Shown piece after piece: positions 19,645 to 32,600 of a stretch of DNA of 64,000 nt (positions are counted from its first letter, which is position 1; each line of letters opens with the position of its first letter). The notes under the pieces were generated by a model. That model ran no database searches. It was given only the letters and a program-made list of their open reading frames with translations, and was not told where the DNA came from. The position numbers and the translations under genes are program-made. Origin of the DNA: Tubiluchus corallicola (taxonomy: Eukaryota; Animalia; Priapulida); NCBI GenBank assembly GCA_030141605.1, contig JAQGDQ010000089.1, positions 186,001 to 250,000 on the forward strand, read 5' to 3'.

Positions 19645-22319
19645 TTTTGTCAATAGTGTAAGTACATGTGAGCGAAACTCTTTATCAGTGTTACAAAATA
19701 TATTTAAACATGCAGGAATATAAGTGAATATTGTATACTATCAAATTATAAGACCTCTGTTGTTCTGCCACAAATAGGATTACCCTGTCTGCATGATGCA
19801 TGCTGATTTACTAATTACAATTTTTTGTATTAATGAAATAATATTTAAAATATTTCGTCTTTTGTAAATACAATTATATGGTCATACGTTTCTCAGTGAC
19901 TCAGTCATTATAAGGAATGCACAATTGAAAAAAATCAGGGCTTTTTAATTATGGACAACTATCAAATTTGTTCTCAAAAAGTCAAATTCTAGGTAATAAT
20001 GTAATATTTTAACAGTATGTACTTTTGTTATTCAGAATTCAGCTGTTCAGTATAATACTTTGTTACAGTCGTTCCAGTCCAATTGTTTATATCGTTAGTT
20101 ATATATTTTAGGTACTATTTAATGCCATGTATACCACGAGGTACTTGCATCGAAGGAAAAAGATGGTGTTTTTCTTTTGTATCGCTGCCTTGGACTTCTA
20201 AAATACTACACAAAAGCATCAGTACTGCATTATGAGATCTGCACAACGTCTTATAATCACCATGATGACTACTTTTATAATTACGTTATCATGCTGACGG
20301 TAAATGTTATTATATGCATTGCAAAATTACATTGGAAATTTTTCAAAGGCAGTGATTTGTGAAGGCACAAGGCGTAAAATGTAGTTTATTATTACTTCAT
20401 TTAACTGATATTTCTGCAATAAATTGTGAAAATCTGTAATATAAAAGTGCATATAGTAAAAACCCGCAAGTGACCTAGAGTAGAATTTATTATTATTGCC
20501 TTTACATTTGTATTTTCTTATTGTCTGCATATATGCCATAATTGTGGTAGAGGTAATCTCTGCACGTAGCTGTCACGTTATCACGCATAACAGTACTATG
20601 CGATTGGATTACTAAACCCCCACAGGATGAGTGTGAAGCTGTAGAAGTTATGGATTCATACTACTTATTAATAAGTTCTGTTAATGCTTCAGAAACTTTA
20701 CCCTTATGCTGCTCAATAAACAATAGTTTCATGGCATTTTCTTGTAACGTTGTGGATCCATGAATCAGCCAGCTGTGTTGCTCTGGACAAGAAACAATTA
20801 AATTACATTAACTTTTTTGCCATTTCTCATTAAGTTTCAGTTATGTAGTAGATTTAGCATTAATTTCTACCATACAAAAAATCGATGTGTTAATACTACT
20901 CTCTTATTCCATATTGCCTCAGACCCATACTACTCATTGAAATAAGTTTGCTATAATGTTCTAAAAACTACCTGTTCATATTATTCATTAATTGGATTAG
21001 TGCAGCAATGTACAATTGCTATAGATTTAAATATCATGCGGGCTGATCCATTGATTGTTTTACTTGAAATTCAAACCAAAACGTCCACACTTACTAGTGA
21101 CCACACTGTGGCTGATGAGTTTACTGTTAATATTAATAAATAGCCGTTAGAACGCTGCATTTCATATTACTGCAGTGAAATAAAAATAAAAGATCCACAC
21201 TAGTGAATAGGCCAGTCTTTTGCAATTGTTTAAAAGCCACAGGTCCATACTACTAAATGATGCGTTTAATTGCTACAATGGTTAAAACCATAAACATAAT
21301 ATTCAAGAAATGGGTTCAGTGGTCCAAACTTTACACTAACAAGGTAAAAACTGAACTAATTTGGTTATTCCACTAAATGGACGTATAAATCAATAGGTCT
21401 ATGTACCACTCATTAGTGTAGCAGGGTAATTGACAAGAATACTGACAAGAATAAATCTTATTACAGTAATAGAAAAATCTGAGACTAAAGAGAAAGAAAT
21501 TAAGAGATGACATTTCTGTCTTCGTGCAGCTTTGGTACCATTAATGACGCAAAGGCCCATTAATGATGTACTCATCAATTTATTATTCTGTAAGCCCTAC
21601 TGGTAAACCAAACTGCCACTACAGAAGGCTTGTAAGCCATCCGTAAACTACAGACCCGTACTACTCGCTCACGTGGCGAGATTAATTTTGTTGTAACGCT
21701 GAATGCTATACAAATCCATATTGTGCTTGAATGCATGACGAATACTTTGTATGTTGTGAAGCTGTTGAATAAAAAAAGTTGTAACGGCATTAGAAATCAC
21801 TATTAAAGTTAATTTTACAGGAAAAGTGACTTTAAATAAAAAATGTTTTCCCGCAAATGATGTTACATGTTTGGATTTTTACATGTTGAAATTTCTGATT
21901 CGTATATTAACTGCGCATTGGGCAGTATAAAAATTAAAAAGACTATGATGAAGAATTATAGTATCTAGCAAAATTAGTACAGTACTGTATCGAAAAATAA
22001 AATAATAAAACAATTAATAGTATCTTGCCGCCGTTTGCGCTAGCGCTGCGAGCGTCACTAGATTTGATTTTGAAAGCTTGCTGACTCCAATCCCAAAAAC
22101 CTGTTCTTTTCTATACAGGTAAAGCGGGCGCACATAGTAGCATGACAAAGAGGGTTGTTTGCAGAAAGTTTATCAAAGCTTAAAGCTCCAAATAAGTTTA
22201 ACTGTGTCAAAATATTATGTAGAAGTAAGCTACACATAGATTTAAACGACGATCGTGCAAGAATTTAATAACGAACAGTTGTTACAGTTTTTTCTTTAAC
22301 CTTGCTTCCTTAGCTCTGA

Positions 22320-22493
22320 AGTGGACACGCCCCGAGCAAGCACAGGTAAAATAAACGTGAGTCGTGACGTCACCGTCATGTCCGTCCTCGAGGCTGTTGG
22401 TATGCGTCGCCTTCGCCGTTAAATTAAAATTTTGTTTTGCGTTTTATTTATTTCAAGGAATAGATTCTTAGTTGCAATTGTTGATACTTTGAG
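22320..22493 (+). promoter_or_regulatory. Putative promoter and non-coding first exon of the L1/neuroglian-like gene
   Basis: Locally CpG-rich patch with a GC-box-like CACGCCCC (22326-22333) and a perfect CRE palindrome GTGACGTCAC (22364-22373). Donor GAG|GTATGA at 22493; the first coding exon has an acceptor 1 nt before its ATG. Confidence 0.5.
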
Positions 22494-22813
22494 GTATGAA
22501 CGATTTTTTGTTTATTATAATTGCGAGCACTTAGCTAGCTGTTTATTAAGTTATTTAAGCTGATAAACGCTGTGTTTGGAATTTGGGAATGGCTTAGGCC
22601 TCGTTTCCACTGCGCCGCCCGCACATGCACAGACTTTTTTCGGTAGACTCACACGGCAAAAAATTGATACAATTGCCCGCCTTTGAATACCGTAGTTTTA
22701 CGTGTATGTCGTTTCCACTGCGTGCGTCCGCATGGAAAGCCACGTATACGCCCGGATCGGCACTTTAATTGTTCAACATTTTTTTTGTGTGGACGGGCAA
22801 ATTCATTTTTATA

Positions 22814-22946
22814 ATGGAGGACGAACAGATCGTACACACTGTGGAGATCAGACCTGCTTTATATGATGAAAGTAACTCTTAATACAGCCACAGGGATTTT
22901 ACAAGACAGCTGTGGGCCGAAGTGGCCTTTCAACTTAATACTGAAG
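22814..22946 (+). pseudogene. Harbinger MADF/Myb-SANT-like DNA-binding protein, first-exon remnant
   Basis: MEDEQIVHTVEIRPALYDESNS*YSHRDFTRQLWAEVAFQLNTE followed by a GT donor. This fits the MADF pattern (V..RP.LYD....Y......W.EVA..L) with one in-frame TAA at 22880. Confidence 0.8.
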
Positions 22947-23104
22947 GTAGAATCCTCAATAATAATTAAAATTAGACATTATATATGTGAGTGTGTGTGT
23001 GTGTACACACACACTAATACTATTTGCGTAATAATAGTATTTGTGAAAATCTGAATAAAAATTTCATGCTAAGATACAGTTAATTAGTTGTTGGCTCTGT
23101 TTAC

Positions 23105-23196
23105 CTTAGCGTTACAACAAGGTGCTGTTCTGGTGAAATACAATCCGGAAAATTTGTGTTCTGTTTCTTAAGATATTCAGAACACAAATCAAGTAA
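23105..23196 (-). pseudogene. Harbinger (HARBI1-like) transposase remnant
   Basis: The - strand gives LLDLCSEYLKKQNTNFPDCISPEQHLVVTLR followed by a GTAAAC donor. This matches the K.DT..R..I.PE..L..TLR motif of Harbinger transposases. Confidence 0.75.
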
Positions 23197-23612
23197 AATA
23201 ACGTTTTCTTTAACCACCACAGCAAAATAAAAATCTTCTTTCATCTAGAGTCTCATGTTTAGAATTTCGCGCTAAAATTTTGGTTCATTTATGACGTATT
23301 TTACTGAATGAGTGCGGTCCCAATGGAAACAACTTTTGCTGACGTAAAACGTGCGGACAGAAAAGTTTGTGTCTGTGCATGTCTGTGCGGACGCAGTGGA
23401 AACGTGGCCTTATTCTGTTTTCTGGTAACTGTGTCTCATTTTATGGAATGACTCCAATAAGAGCAAAAGAAACTGGGAAATTAAGCGAACTGTACAGAAA
23501 CAATGAAGTTATTTTCTCTTGAATGGTCTGGAGATTAATTTTAATATCACATTGTAATAATCGGAAGATACAAAGTTGTGTCAGGTTTTTGAACTGCTTT
23601 TCTTATTTTAGT

Positions 23613-26600
23613 ATGTACTCTGTGAAGCTACTGTTAGTTATTGTCTACCTGTCTTGGAGCAATTACTGCAATGGTGCAATTGAACAATGGATGCAAGAAG
23701 ATGATGCATTAGTGGAGTTGGAGTTAGTAGATGCCAATAGAGCAGGTAGGAGATTCTGAAAGTGGATCTTGTTGGATAAGATATGATCTGTCTGAAGTCG
23801 TTATCAGCAGCGGAAAAAGTTGGGTAGAAAGCAAAGGCTTGTGTGTGAGACACTGTAAGGCAGTGTCTTAAGGTTGCACTAAGCCACTAGCTTTCGAAGT
23901 AGGGCCTATGTAATCGATTGTGTCTGATGTTGTTTGGACACATGTGGTCTGATGGACTGTAGAGCATTCTGTCATTATTTAAGATTTGTTAATCAAATTC
24001 AGAAAAATACAGCTCAGAAATTTTTTTCAGACTTATAAATCTTTGTAAGTGATCTTGAGTCACGTGTTAGAACAGTCATGTGTAGGCGGCAATGTCTACT
24101 GGCGATTTATTTTGTATTCAAATGGTTAATACAATGATTATACAACTATCTATTTTGCATTCACAATTTATAGCTAAAATGTATTGAAACTTGAAAGCTA
24201 AGAAAGTATGAACGAAATAGTTGCTAGTTGTCGATTATGACTCGGCAATTTTTGGAAGAAGTATAAGGAAGTTCTGTAAAAGATGTTACTGACCAGTAGG
24301 TGATGGAAATGTTGCATAAAAAAGTGTGGTAATTACCTGTTAAATCACTTTGCCTGCCACATCATTTTGATATATTTGTGGCTTTTTTCTATATGTATCA
24401 AGAACTTGATATTACCTCAGAAGACTGCGCTACTGAATGACAAATTAAAAAAAACTACTTCAATATTCCTTATACGGTACAATAATAATTGATGCAGTTT
24501 TTGCTTTAATTTGTTGTTTATGATATTAACTATATGGCCACATCTGTACTGATACTTCAGTTCTGAGGTAAATAAAATATGTTTATACAAAACAATTATT
24601 GGTTGTTGCGCATGTTGCAGTTGCTACGCCGCCGATGATTACACGGCAACCGGAAACAAGGAATCATGAGATGATATTCGAGAAGAGGAGGAATGTCGTG
24701 TTAGAATGTGAAGGGACAGGAGAACCTTTTCCAGAGTACGTTTAAATTGATGATATTCTTCCTGTTATAGTAACGCTTTTCCCGACGGGAGGGAGACCAT
24801 CTCGTATTTCTAATAATTCTAAACTCTTATAGAAATTAATCTTGTTATTGTCATTAGTTTTTGAAATATTTCTTGGAATGCTGTAATTAATGGAAATAAT
24901 CTTTGAGATAATACTGCAGTGGCTGGCCGTATCTAAGATTTGTACAGGCAAAACTTGTAAAGGGACCAAGTCAGATGATTTTAGTTTGGTCCATTTAAAT
25001 AGGTCCAAAAAAGGATAAACCCAAAATGTATAGTTTTCAAGCTCTCTGGTGATAAATAACTTCTGTTTTCAGTACTGTCTCTACTGGTAATACACCCCTG
25101 TTGCCTTGTTTTGTACTTCTAATTTTTTAGCGATTAACATTTAATTTAGCAGTAAGGTCTCTCAACAGGGTTCGTTGGGCCCTAATCTACCTCCATCGGA
25201 CACCATTGAGGGACCTTACTGCCAAATTAAAGATTAATTGCTAAGCATTACAAGTACAAGAAAAGATAACAGGGCTGCAACACCAGTAGAGGAAGTAACT
25301 GAAAAACAGACGGTCACAAGCCTTTTTTCTTCTTATACCCTGTTACACAAAACACGTGGTGGTACCATTTATAAAGAAGAAGAGGTAGAATTATAACTTG
25401 GGTGCATCTATAATACAGTTAATCTTATTATAATTCGTAGCTTTATAAGAGATTAAACATAATTCGGATTTCAGTGATGTATTGTACTTGTTGTTTATGT
25501 GAGTCATGTAGGTATATGCTTAGTCAATTTCATTAAAATAAATGTTAATTAAACACTATAAGCAGTGATTGCATGCATTAAGTCTACCTGGTGAGATGAT
25601 CTGCACATAAAATTACGCATGTATTAACATTTCATTTTGTCATTTTGGGGAAATTTTTTTTGTACCTTATGGGAAATTTTGATAAATGATCAAATACATT
25701 AAAATAGTTGCACTGCAGTCGTCGTTAATGCACATACAGTAATTAAATTTGCAAGTCTGCGTGCATTAAGCACGTGACCCAAATTATTGGCTCTGGATGA
25801 AATGAAAATTTTTATCCTATTCAAGGTTCTGGCTTTGTCTGGTGTCAGCTTTCTGTTTGTAAAACTGTACAACAAATAGTTTCGAAATGGCGGGAGTTAA
25901 TTCCTCAAGTGATGAATCAATCATCTTTCGGCCATAGTTACCCTATGGACATTTCCCAGTATTCCGGGCTAGTCTGTTACTAGTAGTGATTCTAGTAAAT
26001 ATGAAATGAAACAGCATAGCTTGAATTCAAGTGTTTGTTTACCTCGGTTAGTAAAAGATTTATTCCGGGCACATGATCACAATTTTGTGTGACTTTATGG
26101 TTTATACGGCTAGTACTTTTTAGTTTTTTTTTATTATAACAACATACTCCTAGTGAAAAGTGTTATTCGTGTTGCACTCTTTTTAAGCAGTCACTTGAAC
26201 ACTATACTTACCGATGGCTTTTAGTGCTTCATTTGTAAGTACAAAACTTTTTACAAAAGTTAAGTAAGTAGGCTTATATATTATTGCATTCTAGTTTTCA
26301 GTTCCATTAGTAATCAGTACACTTAATCGAATTCTTTTGGCCATTAGGTTTCGGTGGATAAAGAACGATCGCCATTATGACCCTTCAGCTGTTGACTCTG
26401 CCCGTGTGGCTACGCAGATTGATAAGGGTACAATAATCATCTCGAGACCAAAAGCCAGTGATGAGGGTTTGTACCAGTGCATAATTCAAAACCCTCATGG
26501 AGTTGCAGTCTCAAACAAGGTGTATCTCAGATATGCAAGTAAGATGATTGTTTAATTAACTGTGAGTCTGCCAAGTATTGTGTATTGTAACAAAACAAAA

Positions 26601-29600
26601 GTATTTTTTTAAATATGATTACTATGAATTGTTATTAATCATTTGTCACAATAATTTCAACCATCAACCGCAGTCATACTAACTAAAGTGTTACGCAAGT
26701 GCAATGTGCAAGAAAAAACACTAAGGTTTTTCAAAATTTGCTCTTGCTGGCAAGACATGGAAATTGACCTTAGAAAATGGAGAAGCAATAACAGGTGTTT
26801 ATTGGTCTTCTCCAGCATCGGTTTTCACATCGACACAGCTTTTCTGACTCTCTATTCTTTCTTCCCTTTCCTCTTTTTCATTACTCATTCTCTTTCTCCT
26901 CTTACGTTTTTTCTCTAGGTGACCTTTAAGTTATGTGGCTGTATTGCCATCTTCAGGTCTCATTAGCCACACGCCATTAATGTATGTAATTGAAATTAAG
27001 CTACAATTAATCTTAAATTGTTGCAGAAATGCACAAGTCTGTATTTGTTAGATTATTTATATGTTAGCTAAATAAAATTTAAAAAAATGGAATTACAGAC
27101 ATATGTATTTAGAAATTTAAGTTGCTAAAGTTTGTACTTGTGAAAGGAACCTTTGTGTTAACCTTTGTGTTATTTTGTTAAACGTAATGACCAACTTGGG
27201 TGCTTAACAATGAAGTAAATATTGATATTAAACAAGATATGCATGCATATGAACGTGGATAAGACACCAGTGCCAGTTCACTGTCTAATCTTAATCCCTG
27301 ATTTAAGTGCGAACCATACATTACAGATCATCAGATTGCCTAGAAAATAAAAAAACTGTAGTCCTGTTGACAGTGTCGTTATGACTGTAGAATAAAAAAT
27401 TACAACTGTTTAAAGGAAAACCTGACCCAATCTTAAACTGTAGGTCAAAACAATCTACTCTTGAAAATATTGAAAGGAAGCATACTATAAGAATGACTTA
27501 TGTGAAAAATTATTACCACACAAATGCAAGTTTGCGTTCAACCCCGTTAGTTCTTCACTGTTATGTGCATATTGCTATTTGCTAGTTAGACGGACAGGGT
27601 GTTAAAGTGTGTAATTTTTTTGTATTTGAAAGTTTAGTAAGATTTGGAAAATCATCCTGTCTTCCTTTAAATTGAGCTATTGGTATTGTCTTGATCTGTA
27701 TGTTGCAGTTTCTTAAAACTCGTGTTCACTTTTTAGCACTGGGTGATTTTGAGAAGATTGATAACACTCCAATTCATAGAGTGAAAAATGGCCAGTCGCT
27801 GACCATGAATTGTGTTCCACCTCAGGGGATACCCAAACCACAGGTAAGACGTTTGGGTTTTATCCAAATCATGAGAAAGGAATTCCTTTTTGGTAGCATC
27901 GTTTTATCCAAGCTATAGGTAAGATGGTGTGTTAACATTGTTTTACTGCAGCCACCGGTCCCAATTGTGGTGGTAAGTTGACATAGGCAAAGACAACTTT
28001 ATTGGTCATATATGCCACAGATGAGATACATGAAATTTGTTGTATCAACTTTGCACAGATTAACAAAAAGCAATTAGCACAACATATTCGCAGCTGTAAA
28101 TTAAATTCAACAATGCATATAAATGTATATTGTACAAATTGAAACAAAACTTAAAAAAGAATTTAGAGTTTAGCTACTATTTAATGTTTTGATTGATGAC
28201 TACCTGTATATAGAAATACTGATTTGCGAGAATCTCAGCACTTTCACTTCACTTGGTGAAGTGTTTCCTAGACTGTAAATTACCTTTTAATTTTTAAGCA
28301 AACAGAGTGAAGTGGTTGAAAATAAACTAAAATTTTCGAGAATTTTTTAGTGGAATTAGGTGAAAATCTGAAAGAATTTTCTCTACTGCTACATTTCTAC
28401 ATGTGTGGCACCTTCTTCAAAACACTACAGCTAATGGCTAACACATGCATTACTAACAACTTTTAATTTTTTTTATTGCGACAACACCAAACAACAATAC
28501 AATATAACAAAACACGATATGATATGATATGATATGACATGACTTGACAGAACTATATGATTACATTTATATTTTAATGTAATGGACATAACATGATATC
28601 CATGTAAATTGTTGCTTGTATTATAGTCAGAAGCATTATAGTCAGAAGCATTACAATACATTTTTGCACAACAATCTCTAGTTATCTCAAATTCATGCAG
28701 AGATCTTATTCTTGCTTTAAAAAAAATTTTTGATGTAGCTTCATAAAAATTGACTTTTGGGGTCCTCGGTGAACAATTCTTCGGATGGGGCAATCTTTTG
28801 TTGTTTCAAGAAAGCTCCTCTATAAACTGCTTTCATTAATATACTCCAGCAAATTCAATGAGCAGTTTAAATTGATTTTTTTTATAGTTTTATGTCTGAT
28901 TTCTTTTTCATAGATGTATCTTTTTACCAAAAACATGTAAAAAAACTGGAACACTTGCCTTCTCAGCATAATTATCATAATTTCGAGCAAGTGATGCCGC
29001 AGTACAGTTAAGTTAATTATAGGAGAATTAGTAAACTCCAAGATCCTCTGCGAAGAAGCCTCGTCACAGTTCTTCGTAGGAAGGAATTGTGACTTGGTTG
29101 TCTCAAGGTGCTAAGACTGGAGGATGATAGAAAAACAGACATCGATGTATATAGCAACTGTTGAGACACTAGGTATTTGTCACCACTACTTCCATTTTTA
29201 GATATTTTGGTCGATAAAGTCTAAAGAAGGCATCAAAGCAGTGAAATTGTCTGACAGAATATCTATGGATCTTGATCCGGGAAACCTCCATTTTGTTTAC
29301 GTGGAACCAGAGGACATGATGGATGGTGCTCCATACGTGTGCAATGCCTACAATCCATCTCTTAATAAACTTAAGGAAGGCGCTTATCAGAAACTGGAGA
29401 TTATTAATCCTTGTGAGTGGTTGATAATAGTATACACCATTTTTAATTTAGTGCTTAATTTTCGTAATTGCTATTTAAGGACTAGTATGTCTGAAAATGC
29501 ATTGCATATCAAATCTGTATACTTAAAAAATGCTTTTAAAATAGTCGTTTTAAGATGGCAAAAATAATTGAGCTTTGATGTAGTCAGTTGCCTTAATAGC

Positions 29601-32600
29601 TCATTGCTTTAATTATCATAATCTTAATTTCAAACTTACTATTAATGAAGCACAAACCCACAGTTAATTAGACGTTGATATCAAACTTGATCTACAGAAA
29701 TGTTAAAAGTTGGGATACCATCTGGATTTGAATTATGGTATGCTGAATTTGGTTTCCCAGCCATAAAGGATGAACTTTGGATTGATTTAATCACTGGGAT
29801 AGAGTAGCCTCGTGATCTAAGGTGTCTGTTTGTAAGCAGAAAGTCCTTAGTTCAAATCCAGGCCGTATCTCAGCTTTTTTGCATTGCCTACCTTTGAAAT
29901 TCAAAATTTATTTAATGGTGTGTTTTACATCAAATTATTGAGTTGTCTGCCGTACATTTCAGCTGATCCAATACCAAGAATAGAACCGCAGTTTCTTTAC
30001 ATGACGCCTAAGCTTACGGTTGGGCTTCTCGACGACGATTTTGAAATGAAATGCATCTTTGGAGGACAGTATGTATTGTGCTATCTACAGGGGCAAACCA
30101 CTTGAAAATGGACTAAATCATTCTAAATTAAAATATGTGTAACATAGAAAATTCAATTTAAAAATTTTATTGCATCTGATACAATAAATCTTTATTGATG
30201 AGATGCAGCAAAGTTATTTTTAAAATTGCATTTTCTCTAAAATCTTTGCCTGATGCATAGAAGTTTTTTATCAAGTGCAGTTAAATTATTTACATAAATA
30301 AATTTTGCTGTATTTTCTGTATTTTTCTGGTATTTTCTGCTGTCAATAATGCAAAACTTCTGATTCCGTGCTTCAGTAACTCCATTAATTAACGCATGTA
30401 TGAATGAGGTGATACAGCCATTGTTTGCAGCAACAACTGTAGATAACTGTTTATTGATGTTTGTGATAGTAAATATTTAAATATTTTTCTCTCGTGGCAT
30501 ATCAGTTTTATCCATTTCTATACAATCTGTTATAATGGTTAAGTTAATCTTTTGGTTAGACGTTTGGTACTTCAATTACCTTTTGTTTATATTATCAGTC
30601 CTGTGCCAAAGTATGAATGGAGACGACTAGGCACTAATCTCTTGCTACCAGAGAACCGCCACGTTTACCAGAGTTTCGGTCAATCGCTGATCATTCGAAA
30701 TCTGCAGTTCGAAGACGCTGGAGAGTACGAATGTTCGGCTAGCAATGGTCAAGGAATTCCGAAGAAACGTAAAATCATTCTGTCTGTTCAATGTGAGTAT
30801 ACTGGTCTGCTAATTGGTGTATTTTTTCAACTGCATTCAACATTTGTGGCTTAGCTTTTCATAATAAATGCTGTTAATTGTCTGTACCGCAATTTAAGAA
30901 TACTATATATAAATTTCACATGTTTATTTAATCATTGCTTGTTTTGTTGGATTTGTGTTAGAAATTTTATATCAAATATAGTAACGTTAGTTTTCTACTG
31001 TCATTTGCAACATTCTCAAGACATCATGTTTCGTAATAGAAGTGGTTAAGGCCATAGAAATGCCATTCTTTATGAGAAACGTTGCTTTTTTTCAGCGCGA
31101 CCATATTGGATTGAAAAACCCGAATCTCGTCACGCAGGACAGGGTGATACGGTGCAGTTCATATGCCGTGCTGGAGGAACTCCTGAACCAATTATCAGGT
31201 TAGTGAGTTGGAAAGAATAGTTGTTAAGTTTCAAGCTAGTTCTGCTCTTTTGTATAATATTCGATGTTATGGTGTAGTTTGGAGAGAGAAAGAGGATGGA
31301 AGAGAGACAGAGAGAGGGGGGATGGTGTCTAGGGAGAGTTGTGCTTCACTGTTTTCATCGACATATTTGTTAAGTACAGTCAGCCTTCTTCAAAATTGTG
31401 AGTTTTCTCTAAAACTGTCGAAAATCCATATAAATTGAAAATAAAGTGCTTCTTTGTAATGATTCTCTATTTCTCTAATAATGTTATAGGTTTGTTTTCT
31501 GTGCCTCTAATTAGTTTAACTCATTCTTTTTTAAATATTTTGCCTGATGTTTTTGCAAAATCTGTTTTATTACGTTATAAAAAAGAATCCTGTATGCAAA
31601 AGCCATTATTATAATAATAGATCGTCGAAAATGGTGCCTTTATAGGAGATATAGCCCCGTCAGTTATATATACACCCATATACCACCGAAATTAATATAT
31701 AGATAACAAAATGAACAGCAGCAGTGTCTGATGTGTGATTCTTTACAGCTTTTAAATAAAATCTGTTTTGCTTAGATGGTACATTAACGGTAGAGCCGTA
31801 TTGGCTGAGGCACCCCGGGAACAAGTCACCAACGAAATTATACAAAGTTATTACTACATTAACGATGAGTTTGGCGGCGCTGATGAAGATAGCATTGAGA
31901 CAAAGGCGAAGAAGCTGAACAAACGCTGGTTAATCAACCGTAACAATTTCACTATCTACAACCTGGACAAGGAGCAGGACACGATGGTGATACAGTGCAA
32001 TGCCAGTAACATCCATGGCTACATCTTTCAAAATGCATTTCTCAACGTTTTGGGTATGTTGCAGAAATTTCTTATTAGCGATAAGTAGGTACTTACAAAC
32101 AAAATTTGCACTCTTTTATATAGTTGTTACCCATACGCGTCTAACAAACCAACAGACATATACAAAAAAAAACTGAATTGGGAATTTTTTGGCAAATCTG
32201 AATTGATTAGAATCAGTGCTCAAATGCCCAAGGTTAAATATCGGTATCATATTGAATTGGATATACCATTATTGAACAACTCTGTTCAGTACTTGTTCTG
32301 GACTGTTATATTTGCCATATATAATGAGGTTGTATTCACAATTGAATGCTTAGTCACTTTTGCTGGTTTATTAGTGAGGGACATTCAGATCTTACAAACA
32401 ATCTATATTAAGTAGTAGGCACAGCGCGGAGTGCAGTATTATGGATTACAGTATGCCAAATTGTATATAAAGTACTGTAATGTTCAGAAAGTTCTTCCCT
32501 GTCTAATTTTAGCATTATACTGACTGTACGATATTAATTCTAGTACTATGCTGTTGCCAGATTTTGTAAGTTTTATAAGTTTAGTAATTGACAATTTTAA

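Larger units (their letters stand above)
22597..23409. mobile_element. Internally deleted PIF/Harbinger DNA transposon
   Basis: TIRs GGCC(T/A)CGTTTCCACTGCG and 3-bp TSD TTA (22594-22596, 23410-23412). It carries convergent remnants of a MADF gene and a transposase. Confidence 0.9.
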
